Position numbers and translations under genes: made by a program. This document shows positions 29,461-42,650 of a stretch of 64,000 nucleotides of DNA, one piece after another. Position 1 is the first letter of the stretch. Each line of letters begins with the position of its first letter. Source of the DNA: an uncultured bacterium (lineage in GTDB: Bacteria > UBA8481); NCBI GenBank assembly GCA_964499705.1, contig CAZCME010000003.1, positions 62,001 through 126,000 on the forward strand, in the 5' to 3' direction. Under the pieces are notes generated by a model, which saw only the letters and a list, made by a program, of their open reading frames with translations, was not told the DNA's origin and did no database searches.

Positions 29461-30595
29461 CTACTGCTTTTCTTCGGGGCGCGAGTTGTCGCCCCGCGCG
29501 ATGGACCAGCGGAGCCATGCGTTGATGAGAGCATCGAGATCGCCGTCGAGAACTCCCGTGGCATTGCCGACCTCGAATCCCGTCCTGTGGTCTTTCACCA
29601 TGGTGTACGGCTGGAGAACGTACGAACGGATCTGGCTTCCCCAGGCGATCTCGCGTTTCTCGCCGCGAATCACATCGAGCTCTTTCTCGTGCTCCTCGAG
29701 CTGTCGCTCATACAGCCGCGACTTCAGGATCTTCATGCCGGTGGAGCGATTCTTCAACTGGGAGCGTTCGTTCTGGCAGGTCACGACGATTCCGGTCGGA
29801 ATGTGCGTGATCCGGACCGCGGAATCCGTCACGTTGACGTGCTGGCCGCCGGCGCCCGATGAACGATAGGTGTCGATGCGGAGATCCTCCTCGTTGATTT
29901 CCACCGCGAAATCATCATCGACTTCCGGCATCACTTCCACGGAAACGAACGAGGTGTGACGACGCGCGTTCGCGTCGAAGGGAGATATCCGGACCAGCCG
30001 ATGCACGCCGCGCTCGCTGGAAAGTTTGCCGTAGGCATAAGGCCCTGTCAGCGAGAAGGTGACGGACTTGATCCCGGCTTCCTCGCCCGGCAGCTTGTCC
30101 AGTTCCGCGACCTTGTACCCGGATTGCTCCGCCCAGCGGACGTACATCCTGTACAGCATCCCCGCCCAGTCGCAGGATTCCGTGCCGCCCGCTCCGGGGT
30201 GAATCGAGAGAATGGCCGGCAGCGCATCGTGCTTTTGCGTGAAGGAAGCGTCGAGGATCGCGCGGTTGATTTTCTCTTCGAGAGCATCGGCCTCGGCGAG
30301 ACTTTCCTTCAGCGTGGAGTCGTCGTTCTCATCGAGGGCGAGATCATGGAGCACGCGGGCATCGTCGACCGAGGAGGCGAGAGCCCGAAAACGTTCCAGC
30401 TTTTCCCGGTTGAAGGAGAGATCCTTCATGATCGCGCTCATCTTCCGCTGGTCCTGCCACGACTCGGGCGATTCCGACTGCGCCGAGAGCTTTTCGACGG
30501 TCTCCTTCAGGCGGGAGACGTCAAAGACGATCCCCCAATTCCTTGAGGAGTGATGCGAGCTGATCCATGCGGCGCGTCGTTCCCGATTCGATCAC
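29461..30595 (-). CDS. prfB: Peptide chain release factor 2, translated via programmed +1 frameshift
   Basis: SPF anticodon-mimic and GGQ motifs; 24-codon first frame from GTG 30595 ends CTT-TGA-C, and the +1 frame from GAC at 30522 is continuous with ORF 29461..30441. Confidence 0.95.
30520..30536 (-). promoter_or_regulatory. prfB +1 frameshift site with internal Shine-Dalgarno
   Basis: Minus strand GGGGGA-TCGT-CTTTGAC. Confidence 0.92.
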
Positions 30596-30671
30596 TCGTC
30601 ATCACCTTCCTTTCGTCTGATCTGCGCCGAACCGTTCGGCCCGGCGACCGTCTATTCTCCCAGATAATCGC

Positions 30672-30698
30672 TCAAGAGCAAGCGGCATTCGCCGATAG
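30672..30698 (+). promoter_or_regulatory. Putative sigma28 (FliA)-type promoter
   Basis: TCAA-N15-GCCGATAG, 8 nt before ATG 30707. Confidence 0.4.
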
Positions 30699-30706
30699 GA
30701 AAAGAT

Positions 30707-31840
30707 ATGCGCATCTTTGGAAGAAAATGGAATCGTGCGGCGGTCCTTCTTGGACTGGCTCTCGCCCTGAGCGGTCAGGCGGCGCACGGACAGGCAAACC
30801 AGGCGGAGCTCGAAAGGGAGCGCCGCGAACAGGAACGGACGCAACGGAGCGCCGAGTCGGAGCTGATCAAGATCAACGCGGAGCTCACGAAAATCAAGGG
30901 GGCGGCGAGAACCAACCAGTCGCGCCTGGCCGCGGCGCAGCTTGAACTTCGAAAAGCCCAGGAACAGGTCAGGCTGCAGCAGTCCCGCGTGGCCGTCACG
31001 AAGCGGGACGTGAATCGCCTCTCCGGCGAGATCGATGTGACGGCGGATGCCATCCGGTCCGGTCAGCGGCACCTTGCGGCGCGCGCGAAAGAATTGATGA
31101 AATCGTCGCGCCTCGCGAATCTCGAACTCCTGCTGAAATCCGAAGATGCCGCCGAGATGGAATTGAATGAGCGATTTCTCACGATCGAAGCCGGTTCCGA
31201 CGTCGCTCTCATCCGGACGACCGTCGAGGCGAAGACGGAACTCGAAGGGAAGAAAGCCGAGAAGGAAACGGTCCTGGCCGAGCTGGTGCAGCGCGAACGG
31301 GAGCTTGCCGCGGCCCGCAATGAAGTCAACGTCAGGAAAAACGCGCTTCAGCGTCTTCAAAATGAACTGGCGCGAACGACCGCGCAGAAGGAAGATGCCA
31401 GGACGAAAACATTGGCCATGCTCCGGGAAATCAAGTCGAAGCTCGCGGCCATAAAATCGAAGCTTCAATCCATCCAGGGGCGTTATGCGAAGCCCACCGT
31501 TTTCCACGCTCCCGCCGACGGCGATATCATCGACATCCCCGTTTCCATTTCAGGCGTATACATCTCGCAGAGGCATGGTTCCGTCGTCAAGACCATGGCC
31601 GAAGGCGAGGTTGTTTCCATCCAGAACATGCACGGCCACGGCCAGACGATCATCGTCGGTCACGGCGGCGATCTGACCAGCGTGTACGCGAATCTATCGA
31701 GCGTGGCCGTGCAGGTCGGTCAGAAAGTCAGGCGCGGCCAGGAACTCGGCCGCTCCGGCACCTCGCCCTATGGCGATGCGACCTATTTCGCCGTCTACCA
31801 TGCCGATGTCCCCCAGAATCCGCGGCGGTATCTGAACTAG
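30707..31840 (+). CDS. EnvC-like murein hydrolase activator (coiled coil + degenerate M23 domain)
   Basis: Signal peptide, long coiled coil, M23 fold (GQTIIVGH, SVYANL, VQVGQKV) lacking the HxxxD/HxH zinc ligands. Confidence 0.8.
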   Translation: MRIFGRKWNRAAVLLGLALALSGQAAHGQANQAELERERREQERTQRSAESELIKINAELTKIKGAARTNQSRLAAAQLELRKAQEQVRLQQSRVAVTKRDVNRLSGEIDVTADAIRSGQRHLAARAKELMKSSRLANLELLLKSEDAAEMELNERFLTIEAGSDVALIRTTVEAKTELEGKKAEKETVLAELVQRERELAAARNEVNVRKNALQRLQNELARTTAQKEDARTKTLAMLREIKSKLAAIKSKLQSIQGRYAKPTVFHAPADGDIIDIPVSISGVYISQRHGSVVKTMAEGEVVSIQNMHGHGQTIIVGHGGDLTSVYANLSSVAVQVGQKVRRGQELGRSGTSPYGDATYFAVYHADVPQNPRRYLN

Positions 31841-31867
31841 CGATTTCTACGGATCGACCGGCGTCTC

Positions 31868-33163
31868 TCAGGAATTCAGAAGAACCAGCAGAAACAACCC
31901 GCTGACGGGATAGAGGATCCAGTGAACTTCCTTCATCCTCCCGGTTCCCAGCTTCAGCAGCAGATACGAGACGAAACCGAAACCGATGCCGGTGGAGATG
32001 GAATACGTCAGGGGCATGAGCGTCAGCGTCAGGAAGGCCGGGAGACCTTCCGTCAGGTCCGTGAAGTCGATCCGGATCACCTCGGAGATCATGAGAAATC
32101 CGACGAGCACGAGGGCCGGAGCCGTCGCGATCGCGGGCACGGATGCGGCGAGCGGCACGAAGAGTAGGCTCGCGATGAAGAGAAAACCGGTCACGACGGA
32201 TGTGAGCCCGGTGCGTCCTCCGGATTCGGCGCCGGCCGCGGATTCGATGTAGCTCGTCGTGCTGCTCGTGCCGAGCAGCGCGCCGAAGGGCGTCGCGACG
32301 GCGTCGGCCTGGAGCGCGCGGTTCATCGCGGGGCAGGTGCCGTCCGGGCCTACGAGTCTGGCGGCGGAGCAGACGGAGAGGAGCGTGCCGACGCTGTCGA
32401 AGAGATCGACGAACATGAAGGAGAGGATAACGCCCCAGAGCGCGGGATTCCGCAAAGGAGTCATGACGTCGAGCTGAAGGAGCGTCGGCGAGAGATCGGG
32501 CGGAGGAGCCATGATCGCGGCAGGAGCGGGAGAGAGATCGGCGAGAAAGGCCGCGACGGTCACGAGGACGATGCCGATGAGAAAGGCCCCGCGGACTTTG
32601 CGGGTCAGGAGAATCGCCGTCACGGCGAAACCCGCGAGAGACAGGAGCACCGCGTGGTTCTTCAGGGATCCCAGTGTCACTAGCGTCGCGGGACTGTCGA
32701 CGACAAGACCCATGTTCCTGAAACCGATCAGCGATAGGAACAGGCCGATCCCGACGGTGATGGAGCGCTTCTGGGAATCAGGAATGCCTTTCACCACCAA
32801 CTCCCGCACGCGCGTCACGGCGAGAATCACGTTCAGGACTCCGGAGATGAAGACGACGCCGAGAGCTTCCTGCCAGCGGAGCTTCATGCCGATGCAGAGC
32901 GTGAACGTGAAGACCGCGTTCAGTCCCATGCCGGGCGCCTGGGCGACGGGAATGTTCGCCCAAAGCCCCATGATGATGGAGGAGACGGCGGCGGCCAGGC
33001 ATGTCGCGCCGGTGACCGCGTTCCTGTCCATGCCTGATTCCGAAAGTATCTGCGGATTCACAAAGATGATGTACGACATCGTCAGGAACGTCGTCAGGCC
33101 CGCGAGAGATTCCGTGCGGAAATTCGTCCCCCGCTCTTTCAGATGAAAGAGCTTCTCGATCAT
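31868..33163 (-). CDS. NCS2 family purine permease (AzgA/PbuG-like)
   Basis: GLTTFLTMSYIIFVNP, APGMGLNA, DLFDSVGT, YIESAAG, GGRTGL, MPLTYSI. Confidence 0.92.
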   Translation of the reverse strand: MIEKLFHLKERGTNFRTESLAGLTTFLTMSYIIFVNPQILSESGMDRNAVTGATCLAAAVSSIIMGLWANIPVAQAPGMGLNAVFTFTLCIGMKLRWQEALGVVFISGVLNVILAVTRVRELVVKGIPDSQKRSITVGIGLFLSLIGFRNMGLVVDSPATLVTLGSLKNHAVLLSLAGFAVTAILLTRKVRGAFLIGIVLVTVAAFLADLSPAPAAIMAPPPDLSPTLLQLDVMTPLRNPALWGVILSFMFVDLFDSVGTLLSVCSAARLVGPDGTCPAMNRALQADAVATPFGALLGTSSTTSYIESAAGAESGGRTGLTSVVTGFLFIASLLFVPLAASVPAIATAPALVLVGFLMISEVIRIDFTDLTEGLPAFLTLTLMPLTYSISTGIGFGFVSYLLLKLGTGRMKEVHWILYPVSGLFLLVLLNS

Positions 33164-33166
33164 GCG

Positions 33167-34471
33167 TTACGCCGTCCTGGCCAGCATGTCACGGACCCAC
33201 CCGACATGGACTTCCCGAAGGCGCTCCGAAACATCGTTGTCGGAGCGGAAGGATTCCGCGGGCTTGAAGAGCAGGAACCCCTGGATGAGATCGCACTTCA
33301 GGGCCGCCATGAAGGCGAGTTCCTCCGGCGTCTCCACGCCCTCCGCGACGCATCGGCAGCCGATCTGTTCGCCGTAGTAAAGGAGGGCGCGCAGGAGCTT
33401 CTGCTTCCGCTCGTTCTTGTCGATGCCGCGGATGAGGGACATGTCGAACTTGATGTAGTCCGGCTCCAGGCTCGCGAGCATCTCCAGGGAGGAATAACCG
33501 CTGCCGAGGTCGTCCACGGCGATCCCGACGCCGAGAGATTTGAAATACCGGACGAGGGACGTGAATCCCGAGGGGTCGTCGATGTAGATCCGCTCCGTGA
33601 TCTCGAAGACGATTCGCGAAAGATCATGGCCACGGAACGGATTCGACGCGGCGTCGAGATGGGCGTATTCGGTGAAATCCTTCGGGTGGAGATTCAGAAA
33701 CATCTTCTGTCCCGGCGCGAGATCGGGCAGGTGACGGACGGCGTTGGTATGCGCGGCGTAGGAGATATCCCGGAGCGCGTTGAATTTCTCGGCGTAGTCG
33801 AAATACATCTTCGGGCCCGTGATCTCCGGGTGCCGGATCCGCAGCAGCGATTCGACGGCGTGCACGGTCCCGCGCCGAACGTCGATGATCGGCTGGAAGA
33901 CGGGATAGAGCAGACCCTTCTGGAGCGTCTCCTTGAGGATCGACATCATCTTACGGTCGGTGGGCGCCTTCGGCAGCGTCGAGGCGATCAGGCGGGCGAT
34001 CTGCCGGAGGAGCGGCTGGAGGTGCGGGGCGATGTCGGAGAGGCTTGTCGGATTGTTGTGATCGACGGCGACGGCGAGAATGCCGAGCTTTCTCTTTCCG
34101 TGAAGGAGGGGAAAGACCGCGAATTCGCGGGAGTAGGTCTTGTGGGGGAATTTATGCCGGGAGGAATACTCGGGATCCTCGCTTCGGTCGGTGACGACAA
34201 TCTCCCTGTTTTCGAGAAACGCCCTGCATTGCACGGCTCGCGAGGACATTCCGTCCATCCGGATGATCGGGATCCGGATGTCCTTGTAGTCGTACTGGGG
34301 ATGCCCCACGCTCGATACGGCCTCGAGCATCGACTGTTTCCGGTTGTACAGGAGAATATTGACGCGGCTGAGATGGTAGGTATCCGAGAGAATGCGGACG
34401 AGCCCGTCCTGGGCTTTCCTGAAATCCGGTTTCGTCGCTTCGAGTTCTTCGAGCCTATCCTTAGCCGACAT
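33167..34471 (-). CDS. GAF-EAL c-di-GMP phosphodiesterase
   Basis: N-terminal GAF-like domain; FQPI, ESLLR, FLN, FEITE, DDLGSGYSSL, IKFD, AEGVE, QGF; start set at ATG 34471. Confidence 0.88.
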   Translation of the reverse strand: MSAKDRLEELEATKPDFRKAQDGLVRILSDTYHLSRVNILLYNRKQSMLEAVSSVGHPQYDYKDIRIPIIRMDGMSSRAVQCRAFLENREIVVTDRSEDPEYSSRHKFPHKTYSREFAVFPLLHGKRKLGILAVAVDHNNPTSLSDIAPHLQPLLRQIARLIASTLPKAPTDRKMMSILKETLQKGLLYPVFQPIIDVRRGTVHAVESLLRIRHPEITGPKMYFDYAEKFNALRDISYAAHTNAVRHLPDLAPGQKMFLNLHPKDFTEYAHLDAASNPFRGHDLSRIVFEITERIYIDDPSGFTSLVRYFKSLGVGIAVDDLGSGYSSLEMLASLEPDYIKFDMSLIRGIDKNERKQKLLRALLYYGEQIGCRCVAEGVETPEELAFMAALKCDLIQGFLLFKPAESFRSDNDVSERLREVHVGWVRDMLARTA

Positions 34472-34566
34472 GTCGGGAATCATAAGCGAAGAATGAAGAA
34501 GGAAAAAGCCGGAAAGTGGTCGATTCGCGCGGGTTCCTTGACAGGCAGGCTGTGATCATCGACGCT

Positions 34567-38277
<3,711 letters not shown>

Positions 38278-38306
38278 TCGGGTTTTCCTGAAGAAATAGG
38301 AGAAGT

Positions 38307-39101
38307 CTATTTCTCCGGAACGAGATAGATCTCGACGCGACGGTTCCGGGCTTTTCCATCCGGCGACGCGTTGTCCGCCACGGGGCGGTACTCGCCGAAG
38401 CCCATCGCGACGAATTTCTGCTTCGGAATCCTGGAGACATCGGAGAGCTTGTTGAGGACGGAGATCGCGCGCGCGGCGGAGAGTTCCCAGTTGGACGGGA
38501 ATTCCGCGGTCTTGATCGGAGCGTTATCCGTGTGGCCCGCGACGCGGATGTCGCGCGCCTTGTTCTTCGCGAGGATCTGGGAGATCTTCGTCAGGATCTC
38601 CGTCGCTCCGGTTTTCAGGTCCGACTTTCCGGAGTCGAAGAGAATGGCGTCCCGCATCGTGATCATGACGCCGTCCGGAGTCACGTCGACTCCGACGCCG
38701 CCGATGTCGATGAACTTCTGGAGCTCGCTCCGGATCTCATCGCGTTCCTTCTCCGCGGCTTGAGCGCGTTCCTTCACTTCCGCGGCTTCGACCGCCAGTT
38801 TCTGCGCTTCTTCACGGAGCCGCTTCAATTCGTCGACCTCCGCCTGGAGCGTCGAGACGCGCTGTGTCAGGTCGGTTCGTTCCTTCTCGATCGTGATGTA
38901 GCGTGTCTCGATCGCGGCTTTTTCGGCGGTGACGCCCCTTAACTGGGAGATCTGCGCTTTCAAGGCCTCGATTTCCGTGTTGCAGTTGGCGCGGGCCAGC
39001 TGGAGCTGGCGATTGAGTTCTTCTTCCGTGATGGTGGGGGGAGTGCAGGCGATCGTGCCGATCATGAGCAACAGAAAGGTGATGCGCGCTTTCATTCTCA
39101 T
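38307..39101 (-). CDS. OmpA/MotB-family peptidoglycan-binding lipoprotein with coiled coil
   Basis: Lipobox TIAC; LFDSGKS, GHTDN, NWELSAARA, GFGEYRP, NRRVEI. Confidence 0.85.
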   Translation of the reverse strand: MRMKARITFLLLMIGTIACTPPTITEEELNRQLQLARANCNTEIEALKAQISQLRGVTAEKAAIETRYITIEKERTDLTQRVSTLQAEVDELKRLREEAQKLAVEAAEVKERAQAAEKERDEIRSELQKFIDIGGVGVDVTPDGVMITMRDAILFDSGKSDLKTGATEILTKISQILAKNKARDIRVAGHTDNAPIKTAEFPSNWELSAARAISVLNKLSDVSRIPKQKFVAMGFGEYRPVADNASPDGKARNRRVEIYLVPEK

Positions 39102-39155
39102 GGGTTGGATTATCGTGATTTGGATGCGATGCGCAAGGATTTTATGAAGTTTCGA

Positions 39156-39183
39156 TTGCATTTTTCCCCGCGATCCCTAGAAT
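39156..39183 (+). promoter_or_regulatory. Sigma70 promoter driving the riboswitch leader
   Basis: TTGCAT-16 nt-TAGAAT immediately 5' of the aptamer. Confidence 0.55.
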
Positions 39184-39194
39184 CCGCCGCTTGA

Positions 39195-39330
39195 AACGCC
39201 GAGTCGCTTCTCTCGAAGCGAGCGGGGAACCCAGGTTATCGGGGCGAATTCCGTCCCGGGTCCAGCGGCCCGGAATGGAAAGGCAACCTTTCATGCCTAG
39301 CCCGTCAGCTAACCTCGCAGGCGTGGAAAG
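39195..39330 (+). ncRNA. c-di-AMP riboswitch (ydaO-yuaA)
   Basis: Conserved blocks ACGCCGAG, GAGCGGGGAACC, GGGGCGAAT, CCCGTCAGCTAACCTCGCAGGCGT; P1 ACGCC/GGCGT; hairpins CGCTTC/GAAGCG and AGGCA/TGCCT; lies upstream of a KimA-like gene. Confidence 0.9.
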
Positions 39331-39417
39331 GGACCCTTCTAGAAGGCGAGGGCCCCATGAGGCCGCATCGCCATCGCGTCATCACGGCGTGAGCATTGCG
39401 GCCCGGGAGGTCGCAAC

Positions 39418-41253
39418 ATGTCAACGGAAACTGGTGAAAAGTCCGCCCGATCGCATAAGCTCGGGTGGGCCCTCGTATTTGCCGTCGTCTACGCCGACAT
39501 CGGCACATCCATCTTCTACGTCCCGGCCATTCTCTATCTCTCGATCGGCAACCTCGCGACGCTCGCGCAGATCATCACGACCGGCGTCTTCATCTCGATC
39601 GCGCGAAAATACGTCGAGATCTGCGAACGGTGTCCCGACGGAGGAGGCGTCGTCTCGATCGTCCGGCAGGCTTTCTCCTCATGGCCATGGCTTCCGCTGG
39701 TCGGAGGTTCCTTCATCACGGTCGACTACTTCCTCACGTCCGCCATCTCCGGCATCTCCGGCGTGTACTATCTCGCGACGCTCATGCCGGGCGCGAAGGA
39801 GTTCGTCATTCCCTTCACCGGAGCGCTCTTCGTCGCGTTGACCGTTCTCAATATCGTCGGTATCAAGGAATCGGCCCAGGTGACCTCCTGGTTTTCGGCC
39901 CTGAAGATTCTCGTGACGTTTCTGCTGCTCGGCGCGTCCGCGGTATGGCTTTCCCGCAACGGAGCCTGGTCCATGCTCTTCGGGCAGGTGTTTCATCCCG
40001 GAGTGGAACTCTCCGCCACCGTTCTCATGATCGGCTACGCCGACACATGGCTCGCCTACTCGGGACTCGAATCCGCCGCGCAGGTTTCAGGATCGATGGA
40101 GGCGCCGGTATCGAGGACCGCGTCGAAAGCGATGTGGCTCGTCATCATCGCGATCGCCGTTTTCTCGCCGCCGATCACGGCGGCGGCCATCTACATCCTT
40201 CCGGATCATGTGAAGCACGGCGATCCGGAATCGCTGATGTCCGCCCTGGCCTTCATGACCGGCGGTTCGCCGCTCGGGATCCTCACCGTCATCTCCGCGT
40301 CCACGCTCCTCTTCATGGCGTGCAACACGGCGATCGTCGGCAACTACCATGTGAACGTGCGCCTCGCCGACCTGGGATTCTGTCCCGCGTTTCTCCGGCG
40401 AAGACATCCCAGGTTCGGCACCCCGCACATCTCGATCGTCCTCTCGGCCGCCATTCCCATGCTCGTCATCCTCTTCACGCGCGGGTCGATCTCCGCCCTC
40501 GGAGATTTGTACGCGTTCGGCCTGCTCGGCACATTGACGCTTTCCTCCGCCGCCGTCGACCGGCTCCGCTGGCGCGACGGGATTCGAGGCTGGAAATTCT
40601 GGGGAGGACTCTTCACGACCGTGGCCGTCACGGCCGCGTGGCTCATCAACATGGTTCACAAGCCCGAGGCGCTTCTCTTCGGCGGCATCCTCGCCGCGAT
40701 CATGGTCTTCCTGGGGCTCCGGCATCACATCGAGGCGGAACGCGAGGCGACGAAATCATTCTCCATGGCGGAGACGGCGGCCGCGGATTCGCCGGAAGCG
40801 TCGACGGTGTTGACCCTGGAGGAGGCGATCGAGGCCGGGGCGATCGAGTCGGCGGACGTCATGATCTCCATCCGCTACGTCAACGCGCGCCTGCTGGAGG
40901 CGAGCGCCCTGCAGGTGAAAGGCGCGGGAAGGACCAATGCCTATGTCATCTACGTCGATGAAGCGCCGGGCCTTTTTCTCGCGCCCGAAACCAAGCCCAC
41001 GCCGGATGCGCTCCGGATCCTCGGGGAAGCGTGCGCGCTCCTCGGCGAGTATCACATCACCGGCATTCCCATCTGGCGAATCGCGGAGGATGCGGGATCG
41101 GCCGTCGCCGAGGCGGCCACGAAGCTCAAGGTTAAAAACGTCTTCGTCGGTTCGTCCAAGCGCAATTTCTTCTGGCGGATGCTGCGCGGGCGCATCCTGA
41201 AGAAGCTGGCGAATTCCCTGCCGGAGGAATGCAGCCTGCAGATCATCGGGTAG
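39418..41253 (+). CDS. KimA/KUP-like APC-superfamily potassium transporter with C-terminal USP-like domain (copy 1)
   Basis: VVYADIGTSIFY (KUP-like TM1), TVDY, SGLES, LYAFG; ~12 TMs plus cytoplasmic domain; GGGAGG SD; riboswitch context. Confidence 0.8.
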   Translation: MSTETGEKSARSHKLGWALVFAVVYADIGTSIFYVPAILYLSIGNLATLAQIITTGVFISIARKYVEICERCPDGGGVVSIVRQAFSSWPWLPLVGGSFITVDYFLTSAISGISGVYYLATLMPGAKEFVIPFTGALFVALTVLNIVGIKESAQVTSWFSALKILVTFLLLGASAVWLSRNGAWSMLFGQVFHPGVELSATVLMIGYADTWLAYSGLESAAQVSGSMEAPVSRTASKAMWLVIIAIAVFSPPITAAAIYILPDHVKHGDPESLMSALAFMTGGSPLGILTVISASTLLFMACNTAIVGNYHVNVRLADLGFCPAFLRRRHPRFGTPHISIVLSAAIPMLVILFTRGSISALGDLYAFGLLGTLTLSSAAVDRLRWRDGIRGWKFWGGLFTTVAVTAAWLINMVHKPEALLFGGILAAIMVFLGLRHHIEAEREATKSFSMAETAAADSPEASTVLTLEEAIEAGAIESADVMISIRYVNARLLEASALQVKGAGRTNAYVIYVDEAPGLFLAPETKPTPDALRILGEACALLGEYHITGIPIWRIAEDAGSAVAEAATKLKVKNVFVGSSKRNFFWRMLRGRILKKLANSLPEECSLQIIG

Positions 41254-41325
41254 AATCAGGGAAAATCCATTAATCCGTGCCGTGTCCTTTCCGTCGCGCA
41301 TCTGGAATGCACTATAATATGGCGC

Positions 41326-42120
41326 ATGACCGTCTCCTGGATCTGTTTCGCCGTGAGCCGCCGCCGCAAGCTTTTTGCGATTGCGTTTCTCACAGTGCTG
41401 GGAGCGTGCGAACTCTATTCCTCGAAAATTCATCCGCGCTATATGTCGACCGCCGCGGTCGATGTGGAAATACCGCCGTTGTACTCGATGGATATCCTCT
41501 CCGACTCCATCGCGCTGAATGTGGAGAGCCAAATCTTTCTCGGGATACTTCATCGTGACGCTCAAATTACGGACATGGTTGCGCGCTCCTTGTATGGCCC
41601 TGAGCGTCGCCCGGATCCTTACGATCATCGAAGCCGGATCAGGTCCGCCACAGTTGTATCGCTCGACGAGGATTCGTCGCTCATCAGCATCAGCGTCACT
41701 TCGAATGATCCAAGTTGGACAACTCTGTGCGCCGATGCTATGGCGGAAGCCATTGTCAGATATCAGGTCATCAAGAGAAAACAATTGATATCCGAGTTGC
41801 GCTCGGATCTGACTTCGTTTCTGGCGAAGGCGGATGTCTCGCGGCCGGGAATCATGGAGGTGCTGGAACACCTGGATCATTATGAGGCTATGACGCCGCC
41901 CCGATTCAGCGTTTCGATTGAGCGTCGTGGTCCGTCGCACGGTTTCCTCGTTTACCCGAATTACAAGACTTTTCGTCTCGTGGGATTCTTCTTTGCGCTG
42001 CTGATTGGTATTGCCGCTGCAGGGCTCGCGGAGTCGTTCCACGAGGACAACCTGAGACGCGCCCGCGCCATGAGGTTTGCGATGGGAGCGGATACCCCCG
42101 GTGCCGTGCCTCTCCGATGA
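41326..42120 (+). CDS. Wzz/polysaccharide co-polymerase-like membrane protein
   Basis: N- and C-terminal TMs, PRYMSTA, SSLISISVTSNDP...ADAMA pattern. Confidence 0.5.
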   Translation: MTVSWICFAVSRRRKLFAIAFLTVLGACELYSSKIHPRYMSTAAVDVEIPPLYSMDILSDSIALNVESQIFLGILHRDAQITDMVARSLYGPERRPDPYDHRSRIRSATVVSLDEDSSLISISVTSNDPSWTTLCADAMAEAIVRYQVIKRKQLISELRSDLTSFLAKADVSRPGIMEVLEHLDHYEAMTPPRFSVSIERRGPSHGFLVYPNYKTFRLVGFFFALLIGIAAAGLAESFHEDNLRRARAMRFAMGADTPGAVPLR

Positions 42121-42650
42121 TCCTGTCGTGGAAGTTCGGCCTTCGAAAAATGAGCGCGACCGTTCTTCTGGCGCTCATCGGAGGGATCGGGAATCTCGCC
42201 CTCGCAACGGCGATCATCGTTTACGATTCTTCCGGGCAGACGCCTGAAGAAATCTGGCGTCGCGATCATGTCTTCGATCATGGCCCCTATCGTCTCTCCG
42301 CAGGTGATATCGACGAATTGGTGGGCCAGTCCAAAGCGCTGATGATCCAGGACGCTCAGACCAATCCAACCTATGGCCATCCTCCGCCGGGCACCGTGTG
42401 GAAATTCAGGCTGCTCCAAGTATCCAGCAATCGCGTCGAAGTCAGCGACAAGGAAGAGATTCGCAGGTTTCTCGCCGGCAAGTTCCGCGTGTCGAGTGAG
42501 GAAGCATGCGTAGACGCGGAACTGATTCCTTCGACCAGTACGGGGCCGGAAATGCGTTCTCTGTATTTCATCCGCGATCCCGATGGGCGCTGGCAGCCTC
42601 AGTTTCCCGAGTCCGGAAAAATCGACCGATGGAAATCGTATTACTTTTAG
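42117..42650 (+). CDS. Hypothetical exported protein
   Basis: 177-aa ORF with hydrophobic N-terminus, ATGA overlap with upstream gene; no recognised motif. Confidence 0.45.
   Translation: MILSWKFGLRKMSATVLLALIGGIGNLALATAIIVYDSSGQTPEEIWRRDHVFDHGPYRLSAGDIDELVGQSKALMIQDAQTNPTYGHPPPGTVWKFRLLQVSSNRVEVSDKEEIRRFLAGKFRVSSEEACVDAELIPSTSTGPEMRSLYFIRDPDGRWQPQFPESGKIDRWKSYYF

Noticed and set aside
30707-31840. Active M23 endopeptidase
   Set aside because: Zinc-ligand motifs HxxxD and HxH are absent; treated as an EnvC-like activator
34484-34566. SAM or cobalamin riboswitch before metH (also checked before cobO)
   Set aside because: Intergenic spaces are under 100 nt, hold divergent promoters and lack the conserved aptamer blocks
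39191-39841. 216-aa ORF across the riboswitch
   Set aside because: Overlaps the aptamer and is out of frame with the transporter; low-complexity Ser/Arg translation
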